In this document: in pieces, positions 11,826-22,479 of the stretch
Layout: every line of letters starts with the position of its first letter
How positions within the stretch are numbered: position 1 is the first letter of the stretch
Assembly (NCBI GenBank): GCA_965263355.1
Contig: CBDHHL010000032.1
Coordinates: 1,376,001-1,440,000 of the forward strand
Origin: Leptolyngbyaceae cyanobacterium
Lineage (GTDB): Bacteria > Cyanobacteriota > Cyanobacteriia > Phormidesmidales > Phormidesmidaceae
Length of the DNA stretch: 64,000 nucleotides
Direction: 5' to 3'
Translations under genes and position numbers: made by a program
Notes under the pieces: generated by a model
What the model was told of the DNA's origin: nothing
Database searches by the model: none
The model's input: only the letters and a program-made list of their open reading frames with translations

Positions 11826-12216
11826 AGCCTTGTAGGTTGGTTAGCTGACGCTACATCTAGCGTGAACAGATGCACTATAGCTTAGAAGAATTGAAATTTC
11901 AAAAAAAAGTGTCAAGTTCAGTTACAAAGACCCATAGACCAGTTTGAAAACAGCCCAAAAATGTCTGCTGAACAAATGTTCTAGAGGCACTAGAGTTTAG
12001 AGCATCAATTTTTTTTGAGCAATAAAAAAGGAGACGCAATTCAGGCATGGCCGAATCCATTACCCGCTTTACGCCCCCTTATACCTCAATAGTTCGATAA
12101 CTATTGAATTTTCAAGCTAATTCGAACTAAAAATTTTACTGAATGAGTCTAGACATAAGGACTAATCATTTGGCTGAGCCTATCAAAGCCCGCTGCCCAT
12201 TAACCATTTGCCTAAC

Positions 12217-12573
12217 CTAAGCCACAGCCTCTTCTGTGGCTGCATCCTTATTAGCGGACCCTGGAAGCATGGGTTGCAGGTCTTCCAGCTCTACCCGATA
12301 GCGCTCAACATCTTCTTCTAGCTGCTGAATACGCATTTCCCGCTGTTTGACTTGAGGACTGATATTAAAATATCCCTGTACCTGCACCCATACACTAAAT
12401 ACCCAAGCAAGAACAGCCCCTATACCAAGAGCAATGATTAGCTCTACACATAGCGGCGCTTCAATATCTACCCCACTGATAATGTGAATAGTTGCGGGGT
12501 CCGTATTTTCAATGCCAAACATTACGAGGGCCAAGCAAATGACAAAGATGACGACAAAGTTAATCTGTCGCAT
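12217..12573 (-). CDS. LapA/DUF1049-family membrane protein
   Basis: MRQINFVVIF..F..EN, 2 TM plus coiled coil. Confidence 0.75.
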   Translation of the reverse strand: MRQINFVVIFVICLALVMFGIENTDPATIHIISGVDIEAPLCVELIIALGIGAVLAWVFSVWVQVQGYFNISPQVKQREMRIQQLEEDVERYRVELEDLQPMLPGSANKDAATEEAVA

Positions 12574-12670
12574 AACAGCAACCTCAAATCGTATTAATTG
12601 GATCAGGTATAGGCTACTACAAGACAGCCAGAATCGGGAGAAGGTTTTTATTTATTAAAAGACTGTCTCA

Positions 12671-13345
12671 TCACCGACTTAACCCATGCCGTACTCCGTA
12701 ACCACCCGCACACAGCAGCGTAATGACTACTGCACCAATGCCAATAGGACTTGGTACCCAAAACGTTGTATCAACCTTATTCACTTGTCCAGGCGTCAGG
12801 GACCACTGATTGTGTTCCCCCATGGCACCAATCTCAATACTAAGATTTAGGGTGCGCCACCGATCTAATGCTCCGCCAGCCCCGATGGCCTTATCGGCTT
12901 TGAGGGCAGTCAGATCAATATCTGCCTGTAGATGATTTAGTAGTGCCACGCCCCAGTTTTGCTGGGTAAGGTCCATATGTGCCAGCAGTGGTGGCGCTCC
13001 CGGCACCTGGGTCATAAGTCCATCTTTAGCAAAGATCTGGTTAAATTTCTCGGTTAAGTCAACACCGTTATAGAAATCAATGCGTAGCTGGAGGCTGCCA
13101 TCATCCAGGGATGTGGCTTTACCTGAAAAGCTTTTCGCTTCTTCAATAAAAATTTGCAGCCATTGCTGTCGAGCCTCGCCATTGAGGGCAACAAATTGAT
13201 TATCCAGATGTAGGGTTTGGATCAATACACCATGGGTTTGACTATCAAACTGGATGCCTAATTGATAATCAATACATCCTGTCAACCCAAGGGCAAGGAC
13301 TGTCAGCACGATTAGCCGAATGATCAGGCGTTTCAACTTAGCCAC
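12671..13345 (-). CDS. DUF3153 family lipoprotein
   Basis: Lipobox LTGC, 'FWVPSPIGIG' C-term TM; GTG start at 13345 preferred over 13390. Confidence 0.8.
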   Translation of the reverse strand: MAKLKRLIIRLIVLTVLALGLTGCIDYQLGIQFDSQTHGVLIQTLHLDNQFVALNGEARQQWLQIFIEEAKSFSGKATSLDDGSLQLRIDFYNGVDLTEKFNQIFAKDGLMTQVPGAPPLLAHMDLTQQNWGVALLNHLQADIDLTALKADKAIGAGGALDRWRTLNLSIEIGAMGEHNQWSLTPGQVNKVDTTFWVPSPIGIGAVVITLLCAGGYGVRHGLSR

Positions 13346-13839
13346 CAAAGCCCCCCTAATATAATTGCACTGCCAATCAGGGCAAACCAAACAAAGCCAT
13401 TATCTTCGGTGTTGACTTCGCTTAATGGTAAGGGTGGGGGTGGGGGCTTGAGGCGACGGGGCTTGGTCGGTGGGGGTTGCCAGGGCTTTTCGTCGCTATC
13501 GTCTAACGTGGCCAAATCTGGAATTTTAGTGAGCCATTCTTCCTTAGCCTGCAGTTTAGGAGCCTGGATAATATAAAGCAGTTGTTTGCTTTGTTTTCTA
13601 ACGTCTAAATTTGGATGAAGGGCCAGTTTGCCACATAGTTCGATGGCTTCCTGACGACGATCGGTTGCAGCGAGCGCATTGACCAACCAAAGCTTTAATT
13701 CACCGTCTAAGGAAATATCGGGCTTTTCGGCAATGCCCTGCTCAAAGGCTTGGACGGCATCTGCGTACCGACCCCGCTCAAAGGCCTGTTGCCCCAGTTG
13801 ATAGGCGGCTTGGGCACGCTGATTGGCTACATCTGGCAT
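13333..13839 (-). CDS. TPR-containing membrane-anchored protein
   Basis: 'GQQAFERGRY', 'LWLVNALAA', 'YIIQAPKL', C-term TM; ATG 13839 preferred. Confidence 0.75.
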   Translation of the reverse strand: MPDVANQRAQAAYQLGQQAFERGRYADAVQAFEQGIAEKPDISLDGELKLWLVNALAATDRRQEAIELCGKLALHPNLDVRKQSKQLLYIIQAPKLQAKEEWLTKIPDLATLDDSDEKPWQPPPTKPRRLKPPPPPLPLSEVNTEDNGFVWFALIGSAIILGGLWWLS

Positions 13840-14008
13840 TGCGGCTAGTCTCTGGTCTAATATCCTGCTGCTCAGATATTTTACGGTGTGTCGGGGTGTT
13901 GCATGCAATGCCTCGATACTAAAAAAACGGGGTTTTAGGTGTTAAGGAGCATAGTAGTAAAAAATAGTATTTCGTATAAGTAGAGAAAGACTTAGGGATC
14001 TATGGGAT

Positions 14009-14239
14009 CTATCTCAAAATCATCAAATAGTTGAACATCATAAATTTGTCGCTAAGACGGTCAATAAACTGTGCTAACACCAGTCCAGGGTCTGCCCCAT
14101 TCGTTTGGCGGATATACTCATCCAGGCGTTTATCAAACCAAATAAACGCTTTACGCAAGCGGTGTTCTGAGGCTCGAAACCCTCGTTGGGGAAGTTTATC
14201 TACTAGCGGCACTAGATAGGTTTGATAATAGCCATCGTT
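14009..14239 (-). pseudogene. Internal fragment of a DUF262 (GmrSD-like) family gene
   Basis: Reads NDGYYQTYLVPLVDKLPQRGFRASEHRLRKAFIWFDKR..; no own start, fused out of frame to the neighbouring gene; family call from recalled sequence resemblance. Confidence 0.5.
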
Positions 14240-14730
14240 CCTTCGCCATTGGTAACAATGCCGTAACTATCGATATCTCGACCGATCTGATGGTTATTCC
14301 ACTGACAGGCCGCCATTTCTACCAAACACTGGGCCGCACCCTGCTCAAAGTCATCCTTTTTCGCTTCAATTACACACACCAACGGTGCTTCTGGCCGCTC
14401 TGCAATCAAGTAATCCGCATTGCCGCACACATCTTCCCCTTCCAGGTAAGCGCCTTTCCATACTTTAAGCTGGGGAATTTCTTCTAAACCTTCTTCACAA
14501 ATCGCATCAATGAGTAGGGTTTTGGAAACCTCCATGCTTTCTAAGTCAAAACGCTGTAGTCGTTCCAAACGCTGTTGGAAAAATTCACTAATGGGTACTG
14601 GTTCGGCCTCCAACTGCCAGCGCTTTAACTCGGTAATGCCCAAGTACTTGACAGCATCCTTATAGGAAAAGCTAGAAAAGCTCTTTTTCCGATTCTGTGG
14701 GGTTGAGGTCATGGGCAAGGATGCGAGCAC
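14212..14730 (-). pseudogene. Cyanobacterial PD-(D/E)XK / HsdR-N-like protein, 3'-truncated
   Basis: 'ADYLIA..CVIEAKKDDFEQGAAQC..YGIVTNG' then an abrupt junction into the DUF262-like fragment. Confidence 0.6.
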
Positions 14731-14764
14731 GGCATTAAAGGACTAAGGAAATTTTAGAAAGATG

Positions 14765-15476
14765 TTATTCCAATCGCCATTGAATCGTAAACAAATGCTT
14801 CAGCTCACTTTTTTGTTCTAGCTGAACCTGCAACTTTTCGATTAGCTCATCCCGCTGGGCATCCACCTGATCTTGAGCATCAAACAAAGATCGCCGTTTC
14901 TGATTACGCTGTTTTTCCAGCTCCTTTACCTTGCGCTTCCCCGCCAGCTGCCCCGCCAGATCCAATGCCGCCGTTGCCGTACGCTTCGTCGATCACCACC
15001 AAATCCCATGGGGTGCGGGCAATGTCGGATTCTTTATTGCGGGCAAACTGGTAGGAACAAATTGCGATCGCATCCTCACCGTCAAAGGGCGATAAATTTC
15101 CTGCTTTTTTGGCAGCTCGGTAAGATTTAGTTTCTAATATTTTCCCTGGCAAGAAGAATTTTTCGCTTAGTTCTACTAGCCACTGCTTTCTCAGGTTAGA
15201 AGGGGTGAGTACTAAAATTCTGTGTTTACGCTCGGCCCATTTTTGGGAAATAACCAGACCCGCTTCAATGGTTTTACCCAATTCCACCTCATCCGCTAAC
15301 AACGCCCCTTTAGATAGCGGTGAGCGAAACGCAAACAGAGCTGCATCCACTTGATGAGGGTTGAGATCTACCTGCGCCCCAGCAAACGTACTCGCCAGCT
15401 TTTCCAACTTGTCAGTAGAGCACCGCCTGGTTAGCTCATAGGCCAAATATTGAGCATGGTAGTCAGTGAGGGGCAT
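14765..15476 (-). pseudogene. SNF2-type helicase with large internal deletion and mutated Walker A
   Basis: 'LNPHQVDAALFA..LADEVELGKT..WDLVVIDEA' joined out of frame to the C-terminal coiled coil '..RRSLFDAQDQVD..LFTIQWRLE'. Confidence 0.85.
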
Positions 15477-15490
15477 AGGTCGAAGTTAGC

Positions 15491-15528
15491 CATCTGTAGG
15501 GGCATTGCCTGCAATGCACCTACAGATG
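15491..15528. repeat. REP-like palindrome CATCTGTAGG-GGCATTGC-CT-GCAATGCA-CCTACAGATG
   Basis: Near-perfect stem; related palindromes at 13891-13916 and 17257-17281. Confidence 0.7.
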
Positions 15529-15544
15529 ATGGAGGTTGGATGAA

Positions 15545-17071
15545 TCAAGCTCCGACTGCTTCTTTAGCGGCATACATTACCTCGGCGGTAATCTCTGTAT
15601 AGCCTTGCTCGCGGGCAAATTTTTCGGTGTTGCGCTTGACTTTGCCACGGACAAAACCAGGTACCCGCTTTAATTCGGTAAGACCATCGGGAGTCCAGTT
15701 AAGGTCGGCATCGGCAGACAGGGTTTGGGTAATGGCCTCTTTGGTGTCATGACCGCCAAAGATTTCCAGCAAGTGGTCTTCCATGCCAAGGGTGAAGGAG
15801 TTGTAGATTAGGTCTACTAGCTGGTTAGCTCCTTCGTAACCGAGGAAAGGACGGTAGCCAACCGGAAAGTTTTGGACGTGGATGGGAGCGGCAATCACAC
15901 CACAGGGGATGTTGAGTCGTTTGCCTACGTGGCGCTCCATTTGGGTACCAAAGATGGCAGCAGGTTCGAGCTGGGCGATTTTATCTGCGATCGCACCATT
16001 ATCTTCACTAATCAGCACTTCATCACAGTAGCCTTCAACTTCCTGACGGAACCAGGCAGCGTCATACTTGCAGTACGTTCCCGCCAGCACCACCTTAAGT
16101 CCCATCTCCCGTGAAAGTACCTTGGTCAGGGCTGCCGCATGGGTATTGTCCCCAAAGACAACGCACCGCTTACCCGTGAGATTTTGGCAGTCAATAGAGC
16201 GAGAGAACCAGGCGGCCTGGGAAGCAAACCGAGTTTGGTCATCGATAAACTGGTCATAGTTAGCATCCACCCCCCGCTCATTCAAAAGCTTTTGGATAGC
16301 ACGGATACAACGGGCCGTTTCCACTACACCCATGGGGGTGATATCCACATAGGGCATCTCAAACTCACGCTGTAGATATTCAGCGGTCAGTAACCCAATC
16401 TCCCGATAGGGGATCAGGTTAAACCAGGCTTTGGGCAAGTTTTTGAGTTCTTCCACCGAAGCCCCTTCGGGGATCACCGCGTTGACCTGAATACCCAGGT
16501 CTGCCATCAGGCGCTTTAGCTCAGTGATGTCATGGTTGTTGTGGAAACCCAGGGTGGTAATGCCAATGATATTAACTGAGGGTTTTTCTGTTCTGCCTTC
16601 GGGTAAATTTCCCTGCTTGGCCGCTTTCTTAAGATAAAATTCAACAATCTGTTGTAGTGTGCGGTCAGCCGCCTGTAGCTCGTTAGCACGATAGTGATTA
16701 ACATCCGCTAACATCACATCACCCTGGGCATCGAGCTGAGCCCGCTCAACAAAATTAGCCAGGTCTTCTTGCAGAATGCTGGAGGTGCAGGTGGGGGTGA
16801 GAACGATCAGATCAGGGCTTTCTTCCTTATCTTTACGGGTAATATTGTCGACAACTTTCTCTTGAGACCCCCGAGCCAATACATGACGGTCAACAACGCT
16901 GGTGGTTACCGGTGTAAAATCTCGCTCACGGGAGAGCATAGAGCGCATGACATTAAAATAATCATCCCCTAGGGGGGCGTGCATAATGGCATGGACGTTT
17001 TTGAATGAGCTGGCAATACGCAATGTGCCAATGTGGGCAGGTCCTGCATACATCCAATAGGCCAGTTTCAT
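15545..17071 (-). CDS. chlB: Dark-operative protochlorophyllide reductase subunit B
   Basis: [25 protein letters not shown]-terminal PCP_red domain. Confidence 0.98.
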   Translation of the reverse strand: MKLAYWMYAGPAHIGTLRIASSFKNVHAIMHAPLGDDYFNVMRSMLSRERDFTPVTTSVVDRHVLARGSQEKVVDNITRKDKEESPDLIVLTPTCTSSILQEDLANFVERAQLDAQGDVMLADVNHYRANELQAADRTLQQIVEFYLKKAAKQGNLPEGRTEKPSVNIIGITTLGFHNNHDITELKRLMADLGIQVNAVIPEGASVEELKNLPKAWFNLIPYREIGLLTAEYLQREFEMPYVDITPMGVVETARCIRAIQKLLNERGVDANYDQFIDDQTRFASQAAWFSRSIDCQNLTGKRCVVFGDNTHAAALTKVLSREMGLKVVLAGTYCKYDAAWFRQEVEGYCDEVLISEDNGAIADKIAQLEPAAIFGTQMERHVGKRLNIPCGVIAAPIHVQNFPVGYRPFLGYEGANQLVDLIYNSFTLGMEDHLLEIFGGHDTKEAITQTLSADADLNWTPDGLTELKRVPGFVRGKVKRNTEKFAREQGYTEITAEVMYAAKEAVGA

Positions 17072-17405
17072 AGAAAGCGCTCCGGTGAAAAGACTCTGAG
17101 GTGGACTAGGGCAATGTCCCGAGCTTCGGGAACCCGATCCTCAGAATATGGGAGTCGCCAGACAGGCACTGCCATTGCTCAATGATTCGCAACGGTTTGT
17201 AAGAATAGGTTACGGTTGGCGGAGTGGATGATTCAAATAAATTGCCGATATCCCATGTAGAGGCGTTCCATAGAACGCCTCAAATAGATCCATATAAAGA
17301 TTTCATGTACTTCCCAATGCCGTCCCGATTGTTCTGGAACCGTAGCATTAGCATGTGGAGTACTCCTTATCGGCGTAATAAGTAAGTATTCCTTAGGAGG
17401 CCACT

Positions 17406-18194
17406 ATGCGGTCTATTGTTAGCAGTCTAGGTGTAATGGGTGTATTGCTGGGACTGGCCATGCCCGTATCAGCCGAAGTGCTGCTACAGTCTGGTGCGAC
17501 AGAAACAAAGTTGATAACATCCGATTCGCATCGGTCGATGCGCCATCAGCTGACTGCTGAAGCAGGGCAAACGGTTGCAATTAGACTTAAGCTAGCAAAT
17601 AACAATCCTGGTATTGTCAGTCGTGTTGCTGTATATGTTGCAGGAAAGTACACGCCTCTGGTAGTTGCTAACCAGGTGAGCTATCGTACCGTTGATCCCA
17701 CCCAAAAATCACAGATCAGTCACCTTGTTGTATTAACGTTGCCTGGAGAACAGGACGGTGTTGAGAACAGCTATGAGATTGAACCTCTGTTTGATTATGA
17801 TATGGAGCCGCCATTTGCTGTGAGCAGTGATAGGTCGCTGGCTGATGTGGCTGAGCCTTCTACGGTGCGCTATCGAATGACCGTGGAGACAGCAACGGTG
17901 TCTCAGAAATTGTTGCTAGAGGCTCAAGCACAGCAGACTCAAGGAGATTATCAGGGTGCGATCGCACTCTACACCCGTGCCATTAACCTCAATCCTGACA
18001 TTGCTGACTTTTACGCCCAGCGTGGCAGTGCCTATCTGGCGTTAAGTAATGCCCCTGAATTATCGCCTACGGTTCAGCAGTCCGTGGTGACCGATTGGGA
18101 AACAGCGGTCCAGCTCTATGAGCAAGTGGGGCATAATTCAGCTGCCAATGCGTTGCGTTCTCAGCTAAATCAGTTGGCAAAGCAAGGCCAATAG
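17406..18194 (+). CDS. Secreted TPR-containing protein
   Basis: AGGAGG RBS, signal peptide, 'GDYQGAIALYTRAINLNP' TPR. Confidence 0.75.
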   Translation: MRSIVSSLGVMGVLLGLAMPVSAEVLLQSGATETKLITSDSHRSMRHQLTAEAGQTVAIRLKLANNNPGIVSRVAVYVAGKYTPLVVANQVSYRTVDPTQKSQISHLVVLTLPGEQDGVENSYEIEPLFDYDMEPPFAVSSDRSLADVAEPSTVRYRMTVETATVSQKLLLEAQAQQTQGDYQGAIALYTRAINLNPDIADFYAQRGSAYLALSNAPELSPTVQQSVVTDWETAVQLYEQVGHNSAANALRSQLNQLAKQGQ

Positions 18195-18428
18195 CAAGCC
18201 AATAGCAAGACCAATAGATTGTTCAATAAGACAATTTTTGTCGAGGCATCCCTTGTGGGTGCCTTGTTTTTTGTGGATGCTTTTCTAGCGCTCACCGATG
18301 TTGTGAACTATGGGGACAAAGCGATATTATTTATGGCAAGTTAAGACCCAGCTTGCCGTGGGCAGTTATACCTGCTAGCCACGCATACCTATCATCAGTA
18401 ATGCTTTCAAGAGAAAGGACATGACATC

Positions 18429-19838
18429 GTGGTTAAACAACCGACTATCAGTGCCTCGACATCTACTGCGCCCCTCACCCTCAAGACAAAGCTGGGGTAT
18501 GGCGTTGGTGAAATTAGTAAAGAGATTCCTAACAGCATTCTGGTTTTCTTTTTACTATTCTTTTTTACCGATGTTGTCGGTCTGTCACCTGGGTTAGCAG
18601 GAAGTGTGTTGCTCGTGGGTAAGGTGTGGGATGCAGCCAATGATCCCCTGGTGGGTTGGCTTAGCGATCGCACCCAATCACGATGGGGCAGGCGATTTCC
18701 CTGGATGCTATGGGGAGCAGTGCCTTTAGGGGTAAGTTTCTGGATGCTCTGGCTGATTCCTCCATTGAGTAGTCAGTGGCAACTGTTTATTTATTACACG
18801 ATTGTATTATTCCTTTTCTTTGCGGCTCTGACCGTCGTTGCGATTCCCCATTCCACGCTGGCAGCTGAACTCACCCAAACCTATGATGAGCGCACCCAGT
18901 TGGCTAGCTTTAAGTCGGCCTTTAGCATTGGCAGTAGTATTCTTGGTCTAATCATTGCCCAGATTGTTTTTGCGATGGTAGCCGATGTAGGTCAGCGCTA
19001 TGCATTGCTGGGGGCTATTTGTGGCGTAATTGTGATCGCGGCTGTATTTGGCTGTATTTGGGGGACTTACCATCGCTTTTGGCAACTTCAGGGGGTTAGG
19101 ACTGAGGCAGTTAGTTCTAACCCCATTGTTCAACAGGTACTCGACATTTTGAAATTACGTCCTTTTCTCTATCTGATGGGGGTGTATTTCTGTTCCTGGG
19201 TGGGGTTGCAAGCGACGGCGGCAATCTTGCCCTACTTTGTGATCAACTGTATGGAGTTATCGGATCAGCACTTTACTCAAATGATCCTGGCGGTTCAGGG
19301 CACAGCGTTGATCATGATGTTCTTTTGGAGTCCCATTGGCCAACGGATTGGCAAGCGAGCTGTCTATTGCTGGGGGATTCCTTTGACGATTGCAGCCCTG
19401 ATGGGGTTGTTTTTGTTAAAGCCAGGACAAACTGGCTTGATGTATGGGTTGGGTGTCCTGGCTGGCATGGGGCTTTCCACAGCCTACCTGGTACCCTGGT
19501 CGATGCTGCCTGATGTGCTTGATCTGGATGAGCTGCAGACTGGTCAACGGAGAGAAGGTATCTTTTGTGGTTTGATGATTCAGTTGCAAAAGTTTGGCAC
19601 GGCTGTGGCGGTTTTTATGGTGGGCAAAATGCTCGAAGGTGCGGGCTATATGTCTCAGGGTAATAGTGAGCTGGCGATTACTCAGCCGGAGAGTGCGTTG
19701 ATGGCGATTCGATGGATATTGGGACCGTTGCCAGCGATTGTGTTGCTGGCTGGGATCTGTTGCGCTGCCATTTATCCAATTACGCGTCAACACCATGATG
19801 AGATTTTGTTAAACCTCAAAACATCTCGGGAAAGTTAG
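18429..19838 (+). CDS. MFS transporter, GPH (Na+/melibiose symporter-like) family
   Basis: 'KLGYGVGE', 'WDAANDPLVGWLSDRT..WGRR', 'PWSMLPD..GQRREG'. Confidence 0.9.
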   Translation: MVKQPTISASTSTAPLTLKTKLGYGVGEISKEIPNSILVFFLLFFFTDVVGLSPGLAGSVLLVGKVWDAANDPLVGWLSDRTQSRWGRRFPWMLWGAVPLGVSFWMLWLIPPLSSQWQLFIYYTIVLFLFFAALTVVAIPHSTLAAELTQTYDERTQLASFKSAFSIGSSILGLIIAQIVFAMVADVGQRYALLGAICGVIVIAAVFGCIWGTYHRFWQLQGVRTEAVSSNPIVQQVLDILKLRPFLYLMGVYFCSWVGLQATAAILPYFVINCMELSDQHFTQMILAVQGTALIMMFFWSPIGQRIGKRAVYCWGIPLTIAALMGLFLLKPGQTGLMYGLGVLAGMGLSTAYLVPWSMLPDVLDLDELQTGQRREGIFCGLMIQLQKFGTAVAVFMVGKMLEGAGYMSQGNSELAITQPESALMAIRWILGPLPAIVLLAGICCAAIYPITRQHHDEILLNLKTSRES

Positions 19839-20126
19839 AGTTCTGGACAGACATAAGGTCCCTTACAATCATGGTGATATCAAGTTTGAAACAGTTTTTG
19901 ATAATGAAATGGCAAAAAAAGAAACAGGTATCCAATACAGTCAGGTGCAGCCATCCTGCCTACTGGAGAGAGATAAACCGTTTCAAAATCTACCTTAGAT
20001 CTTGCACCTGGTGATGAAGCATGGCCCACCTTGAACTAAAAGTTCCAAGGCTAATCGAATCAAAACCCACTAAAAGGGGGTAGAGGATCCCTGAAAGCTC
20101 TAAATGTAGAGCGTTTAATTCAATCT

Positions 20127-20183
20127 TGTCCCTTTAGTGGACAGCCCTCAATTAGCGTTGGATTTTGAATCCAACGTGGGTTT
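20127..20183 (+). repeat. Two-hairpin dispersed REP-like repeat, copy 1
   Basis: TGTCC..GGACA-GCC(C/T)TCAATTAG-CGTTGG..AACG-TGGGTTT; second copy at 34028-34084. Confidence 0.8.
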
Positions 20184-20188
20184 AAGGC

Positions 20189-20677
20189 TCAAAACCGACT
20201 TGGTGCAAGATCTGAGCTACCAATTAACTGGGTATGATTGCTCTGTATAAGTCTGCTAAATTTGCTTCTTGATATAAACCTTGTCCACGTCCAGAACTGG
20301 AGTTTTTCCGTAGGGAAACTACAGGTTTCAACTTGGACGTGGTTTAACGCAAGTGAACTATAGCGAGAGGTATCTTGTCTAGTTTCTGGAAGATATAGAC
20401 TTAATCCACATAACTCCTCTGAATTATTATTTCCAAGCGAAAGGCTACCAAATAGTTCCCCACCTGTCTTGTGGGATACAATAATTGATAAATTTAGGAA
20501 ATCAGAAAACTCAGCTAACTCGCTCTGACTTTGATTGCTAACGGTTGAAAGATAGCCAAGTAGCACAAGAGCATCACAATGTTGCTCACCAAAATAATAG
20601 TAAGTTGGAATGTCTGGGTGTTCAATTCCTATTAAATGGCTACTGAGAATTGTCCGCAGTAAACTTGAGAGTCTCTC
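20189..20677 (-). pseudogene. Hypothetical gene fragment whose 5' end is cut by the mini-IS
   Basis: The ORF-track start at 20692 lies inside the element's terminal inverted repeat. Confidence 0.45.
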
Positions 20678-21012
20678 CTGCCAGGGTGACATGTCGCCTG
20701 AACACCTCTTGAATCAAGGAATTGGAGAAAATAGGAGAAAAAAGATAGGTTTCAAGGACAAACCTTTAAGAAACAATCGTTACAAGCCTACATTGCTAGA
20801 CCCGAAGCGGTTCAATCCACCCAAAAACGACATAGTGCGTTTCGAGTGGGCTTATCGGCATATCGTTGGGTTGGGATTGGGGATGTTGTTTTACATGAAT
20901 TAGCCCTTGCTTTAATGAAACTCAGTCCCAATAAGCTCCCCGAATATCAACGTAGTGAAAGAGCTATGAGGCTCGCCATTTCTGGATTATAGCCGCTATG
21001 TCGCCCTCTCAG
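20678..21012 (+). mobile_element. Internally deleted IS4-family-like element (335 bp)
   Basis: Imperfect 14-bp TIRs CTGCCAGGGTGACA / TGTCGCCCTCTCAG; retains a frameshifted transposase C-terminus 'KRHSAFRVGL..LMKLSPNKLP/EYQRSERAMRLAISGL*'. Confidence 0.7.
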
Positions 21013-21129
21013 GGGACTGACACAACCTTTTGGCGGAATATGATCGCGCGTAAGATTAGATTCTTTACCACAAATGTTGCAATAACCAACCTTGTCACCC
21101 TTATATTTGACTTTCTTACTCATCATTAT
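21013..21129 (-). pseudogene. N-terminal fragment of an HNH-like zinc-binding protein
   Basis: 'GYCNICG...LTRDHIPPKGC' interrupted at the element end. Confidence 0.6.
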
Positions 21130-21374
21130 CATTCGCAAAATTTAATATTTGTGGCCATAGCCCATGATGTCTATCTAATTAAAAGTTGACCATTAAAGTG
21201 AGGCTGAAATTTTCCAGCATCTGGGCTAAATATAACCAAAAATGAGGGGAGGTATTAACTGTAAAACAAAAAAATATCTCTGTGGAAATGATAAAACTCT
21301 ATTCTTGTTTATTCGCTTTCTTTCTGCTAAAAGTCGAAAGTTCTCAATACTTGAACGCTAACCATTTATTTGAG

Positions 21375-21460
21375 CCCTAACTCGTGAAGCTGAGCGGCAG
21401 TCAATATTTTGGGACGATGCCTGATTGTAAATTTCCGTCCGCTCCTGCGTAGGGTTAGGC
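21375..21460 (-). other. Integron attC-like recombination site (solitary in this window)
   Basis: Minus strand: R'' GCCTAAC, 5 nt, GCAGGAGCGGAC ... GCCGCTCAGC, 7 nt, R' GTTAGGG; 86 bp; about 45 nt downstream of a co-oriented ORF. Confidence 0.7.
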
Positions 21461-21504
21461 GGCAGGGATTACGGAATTTTTCCGTATAAAAATCAAAAAT
21501 TTGG

Positions 21505-22479
21505 TTAGCCTAATTCGATTAATTCCCTAGCCAATTCAATTGATTCATTATCAAGTCTCGATTTATTCCTGCTAAGGATATAGACCAATGCTTTATGATT
21601 GAGATTCTCCCGAAAAATACGCTTCATGGTGCTGATTCTTGTTTGAATTGAGCTGTAGGTGTATAAGCCAATCGGAATTACATTCAACAAGTCTTTACCA
21701 TTTGCGTATGCCTCGTAGTAATCAATAAAGAATTTTTTACCCATTTTACCCAAAAGGCTTTCAAGAAGTATTTGTTCATCTTCAGAAATAGAAATCTCTT
21801 CTCGTTGTTGCTCGATACCCTCTCGCGTCAAAAACGAAATGCTATGTGCAAGCCCATTATCTTGGCTTTTTCCCAGAAAGAATAGATGCCTAAATTCTTC
21901 GATTTCTGGGATTTCAGGAGCAAGCTGGCCATAAAAGTTATAAATGGAAACACATTTTCGCTGGATTGATTCCTTAACTATTTTGACAACGGGATGCGAT
22001 TCTGGGTCTTTATCCATCAAATAATTGAAATGGGCTGGAATTAAGACAACATTCCATAGCGAAGAAAAGAACAGCGGATGAGAAGCGAGCCCCCATACAT
22101 GAGAGATAATGTAGTTCTTTACTGTACTATTTTTGCCTGCACTGATAGTTTGACCCAGATATTTTTTTATTGAGCGTCTGTTCTCGTGATTACCATCATT
22201 GTCAATCTTAATGTTGAATGACGGGTAAGCGTTTAAACGTGCTTCATTAGATCTAGTTACCGCAATAGCCTCGGCTTTGTTCTTAACATCTAAAGCATCA
22301 TGATGGGATGGAGAGTATCTAATAGGAAATTTTCCACCAGTTTTATACAGCTTAATCATTTCCTGAATTCTTAACTGAACGATCTCTGGAGGAATGAACA
22401 AAGTACTTTCCAGAAATGCTTTCAAAAAATCATTTTGACTTCTGTAAAGTGAAACGAGCTGATCTATCCCATCAATCAT
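21505..22479 (-). CDS. Hypothetical protein, possible HNH-like nuclease (cassette gene)
   Basis: 'YIISHVWG...PLFFSSLWNVVLIPAHFNYLMD' beta-beta-alpha-like motif; AT-rich; GGAG RBS. Confidence 0.6.
   Translation of the reverse strand: MIDGIDQLVSLYRSQNDFLKAFLESTLFIPPEIVQLRIQEMIKLYKTGGKFPIRYSPSHHDALDVKNKAEAIAVTRSNEARLNAYPSFNIKIDNDGNHENRRSIKKYLGQTISAGKNSTVKNYIISHVWGLASHPLFFSSLWNVVLIPAHFNYLMDKDPESHPVVKIVKESIQRKCVSIYNFYGQLAPEIPEIEEFRHLFFLGKSQDNGLAHSISFLTREGIEQQREEISISEDEQILLESLLGKMGKKFFIDYYEAYANGKDLLNVIPIGLYTYSSIQTRISTMKRIFRENLNHKALVYILSRNKSRLDNESIELARELIELG

Noticed and set aside
20610..20903. 97-aa ORF from the ORF track
   Set aside because: Off-frame reading across the mini-IS; the transposase remnant is in other frames
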